A model generated the notes under the pieces. The model saw only the letters and a program-made list of their open reading frames with translations, did no database searches and had not been told where the DNA came from. Positions 17,232-21,285 of a stretch of DNA of 21,285 nt are shown in pieces. This DNA is from Elusimicrobiota bacterium (GTDB lineage: Bacteria > Elusimicrobiota > Elusimicrobia > UBA1565): positions 1 to 21,285 of the forward strand of contig JBDREN010000192.1 in assembly GCA_043819795.1 (NCBI GenBank), read 5' to 3'. Numbering within the stretch: position 1 is the first letter of the stretch; each line of letters begins with the position of its first letter. The translations under genes and the position numbers were made by a program.

Positions 17232-17774
17232 TCAGTCTCCTCCGTGGTAGCGGTGGTAGGCCACGATCGCTTCGACCAGGTCCTTCAACCCCTTGAAGTA
17301 GCCCGGATTCTTAGCGGTCCTCTGGAGCGCGATATCCAGATGACGCTGGAAGAATCTCACGGCCGGGCCGTGCCTGCCCGCGGCGTAGGCCAGCTTGGGC
17401 CTCAAGAGATGCAGCTTGTTGGGACTATGCGCCTTCATCCTTTGGATCTCGTCGAGCACGGCCCTGACCTGGGAGGTGCTCATGTTCATCCGCTGCAGCT
17501 GCTTGCCGATCTTGTCCGCCACCTCCACGATCTTCTGGGCGTTGCCCCGGAGGCAGAGGTCGATGTCCTGGAAGCTTGCCGCGAGCTGCGGCTCGCCCGG
17601 CGTGCCGCCGGGCTGGGACGGTCTCCCGTATCCTCCGCCGTGCTGAGGCGGTTTGCCGCCTCCGCCGCCGTGCTGGGACGGTTTCCCGTATCCGCCGCCG
17701 TGCTGAGGCGGTCTGCCGCCCCCGCCGCCGTGGTACGGCGGCTTGCCGCCTTTTCCGTGCCTTCCATCAGGCAT
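17232..17774 (-). CDS. csm2: Type III-A small subunit Csm2 with N-terminal Gly/Pro/His repeat extension
   Basis: Motifs STSQVR, LHLLRPKLAYAAGR and EAIVAYHRYHGG. SD AGGGAGG upstream of ATG 17774, which follows the cas10 stop by 3 nt. Confidence 0.93.
   Translation of the reverse strand: MPDGRHGKGGKPPYHGGGGGRPPQHGGGYGKPSQHGGGGGKPPQHGGGYGRPSQPGGTPGEPQLAASFQDIDLCLRGNAQKIVEVADKIGKQLQRMNMSTSQVRAVLDEIQRMKAHSPNKLHLLRPKLAYAAGRHGPAVRFFQRHLDIALQRTAKNPGYFKGLKDLVEAIVAYHRYHGGD
17605..17750 (-). repeat. About five 30-bp coding tandem repeats (alternating, 60-bp higher-order unit) in csm2
   Basis: Units start at 17611, 17641, 17671, 17701 and 17731, and encode GKPPYHGGGG/GRPPQHGGGY/GKPSQHGGGG/GKPPQHGGGY/GRPSQPGGTP. 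Confidence 0.9.
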
Positions 17775-17777
17775 GGT

Positions 17778-20195
17778 TCAGCCCTCCCTGCTCGTCGAAT
17801 AGCCCGCCCATCGGGCCATGAGTCCGAGATGGGGGACCAAGCCCGTGTCGGACGGCATCACGGTCTTCCGTAAAGCCTCCAGCTGGTGTTTGCGCTTCCT
17901 GTTCCGCTCTTTCATTCCGGCGAAAGCGTAGACCAGGCGCCAGATGCGGAATACCTCGGCCTGGCCGTCCTGGACCTTGAGCCTTTCATGCTCGGCCCGT
18001 CCGAGCGCCGTCAGAAGCGACCTCGGCACGGGGTCCTGTCCGTCCTCGGGCGCGACAAGCGCCTCCATGGCACGGGACACTTCCCGGCATTCGGCCAGCT
18101 CGTCCCAGGATAAGACCTCTTCCAGAAACGAGACCGCGTCCTTGCCTTCCCGCGCCTTGGCTTTCTCGAGAGCCTCGCACGCGGCCAGGGCCGCGATCCT
18201 GACGGGGAAACCCGTCGTCGGCGCCAGGAAGATGCCGGCAGAGAGCGTGAGCCGGCCGCTCGTGAGATCGCGGAGATCCTGCCTGAGCCTCGCGGCGATG
18301 ACGGGCAAGTCGCTCCAAGGGCCTAGCAGGAAGGCGTCGTCGCCGCCGGAATAGACCACGTGGGCGTGAGGAAACTCGCTCCAGAGCAGGTATTCGATCC
18401 TGGCCGTGAAGAACCAGTGGATGAGCGCGCTCAAGGTGGCGAAGCGGGAGATGGACGGACGCTCGATGCCTCGCTTGAGAGAGCTTTCCAGGTCGTCCAC
18501 GTCCAGCTTCAAGGCGCCCCATTTCTTGACCCCTTGGGCGCGGGCCGCGGTCTTGTCCAGGCTCAGCACGCCCCGATGGTCGTCGCGCGGCGCGTATCGG
18601 GCTATGAGCGCGGCCGGCCCGACCCAGTCCTCCCGGAAGCCGGCCTGGTTCACGGCCGTCTCGCCGCCGCTCAAGTCCAGCTCAAGGCCGAGCTTCTTGA
18701 GAGAACCGGCGAGCCCCGGGGCGGGAGTCCCGGAGCCCCTTGACGCGACGGGCCGGATGGAGATCGAGTCGGCTCCGTTGAGGGCCGAGGCCGCTTTTTC
18801 GAAGCCGGAGCACAGGACGCACTCCTGGCGAGGGTCGCCCGTGTCGGAGCCGCAGACGCGGCAGGGCCGGACTTTCTCTTCCACATCGTCCGGGCCGAGC
18901 AGCACCCTCCGGCGCCTGAAGTCCCTCAGGAGGGCCGAGCCCATCCTGGCCTTCTCGCGCGCCATGGGCGGGCCGAGGCGGCCCAGAGGCCCCTTGAAAG
19001 CGTCGCCGATGAATTCCGCGGCTTTTACGGGGGTCCAGGCCAGGCTGACTCCCAGGCGGTCGCGGTGCAGGCGCATGAGCGAGGTCTCGACCTCGTCGCG
19101 CGCGCGCTCCAGGGTCTCCCCGACGCCCGCGCTCCACGGGGCCAGGAGCATGAAATGCCCGCCGCCCATGAAGAGCACGTTCACGCAAGGCAGCGGCGGA
19201 TCGAATGAGCGAAGCACCCTTTCGGCCGCGGCCATGCAGAGCATGTCCAGATAGAAAGACCGGCCGCGAAGCCCCTTTATCGCGCCCTCGCCGCCCACCG
19301 AGAAGAGGAAGTCCTGGATGCCGGAAAGATCGCCTTTCACCAGGGCGGCCACCTCGACGGCCGTCTGGGTCCCGACAGCGGGCCTGCGGCGCGAAGGGAT
19401 GTGGTCGATGATGTCGTCGAGCTCCCCGGTGGAGAAGCCCCCGTCCAGGAGGCATGCGGCGAGCGCGGCCGTGAGGCGGAGATGGTGGTAGAGCGATACG
19501 TCGGGCATGTCGATGGCCGAGGAAGGCACGAAAAGCGCGTGCCGCTCGAGGGCTCGTAGAAGCGAGCGGGTGAGGAGGTCGAAGTCCCGGGAGACCGAAG
19601 GCGCCCGGGCCAGCGCTTCCAGGTCGGCCTTCAATCCGCTCCAGAGCACGCCGTAGCTCTCCTTCCCCGCCAGGGATTTCTCCTTGGAGTCCGCGGGCCA
19701 ATGCCGGGCCGGATCGAACTGCATGGCCATGAGCGGGAAGAAGGCCGGCTGAAGCTCGGCCGCGTCCTTGAACAGCGCGAAGGGGGAAACGAGCGGCTCG
19801 GTGCGGGACTCTCCCGGCGGGTCCTCCTCGGGCCTTTCCCTCCTTTCGCCCGAAGCCAGCCAGTCGGCCAGGACCAGGCACCGCACCAGCCGCCGGTCGC
19901 CTTCGGCCTCGCCGCAATTGTGGTGCCAGGCCGCCAAGTCCGCGGCGGCGGGGAAGCTCGACCCGAAGGCCGTCCGGATGAGGTGCTCGGTCCAGAGCGC
20001 GTGGCGGTGGGTCGGGTGGCGGCCCGCGGGGTCCCGGGGACAGAAAAGGGACTCCCGCCCGCTCGCCGAGGGATCGAGGGGGGCCGCTGCCCGCTGCCCG
20101 ATCTTCCCGGCGTCGTGCAGAAGCGCCGCCAGGATCAGGGAGTCCCGGTCTCGGGGCGCGGACGGCGCCGAGGCATCGCCGGACTGTTCGCTCAC
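17778..20195 (-). CDS. cas10: Type III-A Cas10/Csm1 with HD nuclease and Palm cyclase domains
   Basis: HD motifs ALLHDAGK, WHH and ADWLASGER. Palm1 motifs GDLSGIQDFLF, LRGRSFYL and GGGHF. Zn finger CRVC..CVLC. Palm2 motifs LKLDVDDL and YSGGDD. The GTG start overlaps the xdhC TGA. Confidence 0.97.
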   Translation of the reverse strand: MSEQSGDASAPSAPRDRDSLILAALLHDAGKIGQRAAAPLDPSASGRESLFCPRDPAGRHPTHRHALWTEHLIRTAFGSSFPAAADLAAWHHNCGEAEGDRRLVRCLVLADWLASGERRERPEEDPPGESRTEPLVSPFALFKDAAELQPAFFPLMAMQFDPARHWPADSKEKSLAGKESYGVLWSGLKADLEALARAPSVSRDFDLLTRSLLRALERHALFVPSSAIDMPDVSLYHHLRLTAALAACLLDGGFSTGELDDIIDHIPSRRRPAVGTQTAVEVAALVKGDLSGIQDFLFSVGGEGAIKGLRGRSFYLDMLCMAAAERVLRSFDPPLPCVNVLFMGGGHFMLLAPWSAGVGETLERARDEVETSLMRLHRDRLGVSLAWTPVKAAEFIGDAFKGPLGRLGPPMAREKARMGSALLRDFRRRRVLLGPDDVEEKVRPCRVCGSDTGDPRQECVLCSGFEKAASALNGADSISIRPVASRGSGTPAPGLAGSLKKLGLELDLSGGETAVNQAGFREDWVGPAALIARYAPRDDHRGVLSLDKTAARAQGVKKWGALKLDVDDLESSLKRGIERPSISRFATLSALIHWFFTARIEYLLWSEFPHAHVVYSGGDDAFLLGPWSDLPVIAARLRQDLRDLTSGRLTLSAGIFLAPTTGFPVRIAALAACEALEKAKAREGKDAVSFLEEVLSWDELAECREVSRAMEALVAPEDGQDPVPRSLLTALGRAEHERLKVQDGQAEVFRIWRLVYAFAGMKERNRKRKHQLEALRKTVMPSDTGLVPHLGLMARWAGYSTSREG

Positions 20196-21010
20196 CGTCT
20201 CCCCGCCGCGGGCGCGATGGGCTCGGCGGTCGTCCGAAGGCCCCATTCCTGAAGGAGCTCCGCGGCGACCGCCACCGCGATGATCTTCGGATCCTTGCTG
20301 GGCAAGGGCAGGCCGATGGGGCAGTGCATCTTCTCGTCCCAAAGCCGGTCCCAGTCCTCCGGCCCTTCGGAGAGCTCTTTGAGCTTGGCGCGGAAGGTCC
20401 GGCTCTTGTTCTGGGAGCCGATCACCCCGAGATAGCCCACCGGCTGCTTGAGGAAATGCCTGGCGAGCGGGAAATCCAGCTTATGGTCGTGGGTGAAGAC
20501 GCAGACGGCGTCGTCGGCGGTCCACCGGCGGGCCTCCGCGTATTCCACGGGGTCCACGCAGTGAGGCTCGACGTCGGCGGGCAGGCCCTCGCGGGAGGCC
20601 CACTCGGGCCGCTGGTCGATCACATGCACGTCGAACGGCATGCCGGAGAGGACCTGGGCCGTCGCGCGGCCGACGTGGCCTCCGCCGAAGAGATGGACGG
20701 CCTTGCGCCGCGGCACCGGCTCGAAGAAGACCTCCACGCGCCCCCCGCAGACCTGGCCTTCCTCCTTGGTGAGGTCGTAGTCCTCGATGTGCGGCTTGCC
20801 GTCCGCGTCTTTGAGCAGCTCCCGGGCGTGCTCCAGGACCTTCTTCTCGAGCGCCCCGCCGCCCACCGTCCCGTAGAACCGGTCCGATGTCGCCCACATG
20901 CGCGCGCCGACCCGCTGGGGCGCGCTTCCGGCGATCCTGACGACCGTGCACATCACCGCCGGGCGCGGCAGGTCCTTGTCGAAATCCCCGATGGTCTTGG
21001 AAGTCTCCAT
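20192..21010 (-). CDS. xdhC: XdhC/CoxI-family xanthine dehydrogenase accessory (Moco maturation) protein
   Basis: Motifs GSAPQRVGARM, GTVGGGALE, QVCGG, LFGGGHVG, THDHKLD, YLGVIGS, CPIGL and KDPKIIAVAVAAELL. SD GGGAGG. Confidence 0.93.
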   Translation of the reverse strand: METSKTIGDFDKDLPRPAVMCTVVRIAGSAPQRVGARMWATSDRFYGTVGGGALEKKVLEHARELLKDADGKPHIEDYDLTKEEGQVCGGRVEVFFEPVPRRKAVHLFGGGHVGRATAQVLSGMPFDVHVIDQRPEWASREGLPADVEPHCVDPVEYAEARRWTADDAVCVFTHDHKLDFPLARHFLKQPVGYLGVIGSQNKSRTFRAKLKELSEGPEDWDRLWDEKMHCPIGLPLPSKDPKIIAVAVAAELLQEWGLRTTAEPIAPAAGRR

Positions 21011-21014
21011 GCGG

Positions 21015-21092
21015 TCAACCTCCCACGATCAGGCCGAGCATGAGGAGCAGCGCCCCGGCGTTAAGCATCGGCAGGTCGGGCATCGCGCTCAT
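21015..21092 (-). CDS. Candidate 22-25 aa hydrophobic peptide MSAMPDLPMLNAGALLLMLGLIVGG
   Basis: Open frame from ATG 21092 (or 21083) to TGA 21015-21017. Its last codons form the xdhC SD. Confidence 0.35.
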   Translation of the reverse strand: MSAMPDLPMLNAGALLLMLGLIVGG

Positions 21093-21101
21093 TGTACTAT
21101 A
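21091..21101 (-). promoter_or_regulatory. Putative -10 element(s) for the xdhC-csm-mocA operon
   Basis: Overlapping TATAGT/TACAAT in the only AT-rich patch upstream of xdhC. No convincing -35. Confidence 0.4.
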
Positions 21102-21140
21102 AACCCGCCGCCGCCCGTCGCCGACAGGCCAACGGAGGGG

Positions 21141-21285
21141 GCCGCCGGCATCGCCCCCCGACGTAGGCGGCCCCCCGTGGGGGGGCCGCCGGCAACGCCC
21201 CCCGACATGGGCGGCCCCCCGTGGGGGGGCCGCCGGCTACGACATCGCCCCCCGATGTGGGCAGCCCCCCGTGGGGGGGCCGCCG
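21141..21285. repeat. GC-rich tandem palindromic repeats (REP/BIME-like), 44-44-50 bp period, truncated by the window end
   Basis: GCCGCCG recurs at 21141, 21185, 21229 and 21279. Each unit holds GGCGGCCCCCC-GTG-GGGGGGCCGCC (11-bp stem; one mismatch in the third copy). Confidence 0.85.

Noticed and set aside
17605..17750. csm2 repeats as a CRISPR array
   Set aside because: They are head-to-tail in-frame 30-bp units without spacers, so they are coding repeats.
21141..21285. Terminal repeats as a CRISPR array for the Csm module
   Set aside because: The linkers are short and similar to each other rather than unique spacers, and they do not resemble the cas6-proximal repeat.

Overview
High-GC bacterial window; the gene style suggests Elusimicrobiota, which is inference only. 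The + strand carries a Upf1/IGHMBP2-like SF1 helicase with an apparent signal peptide, glgC, and a receiver-domain-fused PilB/GspE ATPase. The - strand carries a tightly coupled run: xdhC, a complete type III-A Csm module (cas10-csm2-csm3-csm4-csm5-cas6), a one-spacer degenerate CRISPR mini-array, mocA, and two tandem GT-C/TPR glycosyltransferases, followed by DUF3467, an esterase lipoprotein and a MATE transporter. The main discovery is that the Csm module sits between two molybdenum-cofactor maturation genes with no cas1/cas2 or CARF effector in cis. Its first repeat lies inside the cas6 3' end with the stop codon in the 8-nt handle, and its second repeat covers the likely mocA RBS/start. 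Csm2 also carries a prion-octarepeat-like HGGG[YG] repeat tail. The left edge probably holds an IS4/IS50-like element end, and the right edge holds GC-rich palindromic tandem repeats. All family calls come from motif reading by eye; no searches were run.
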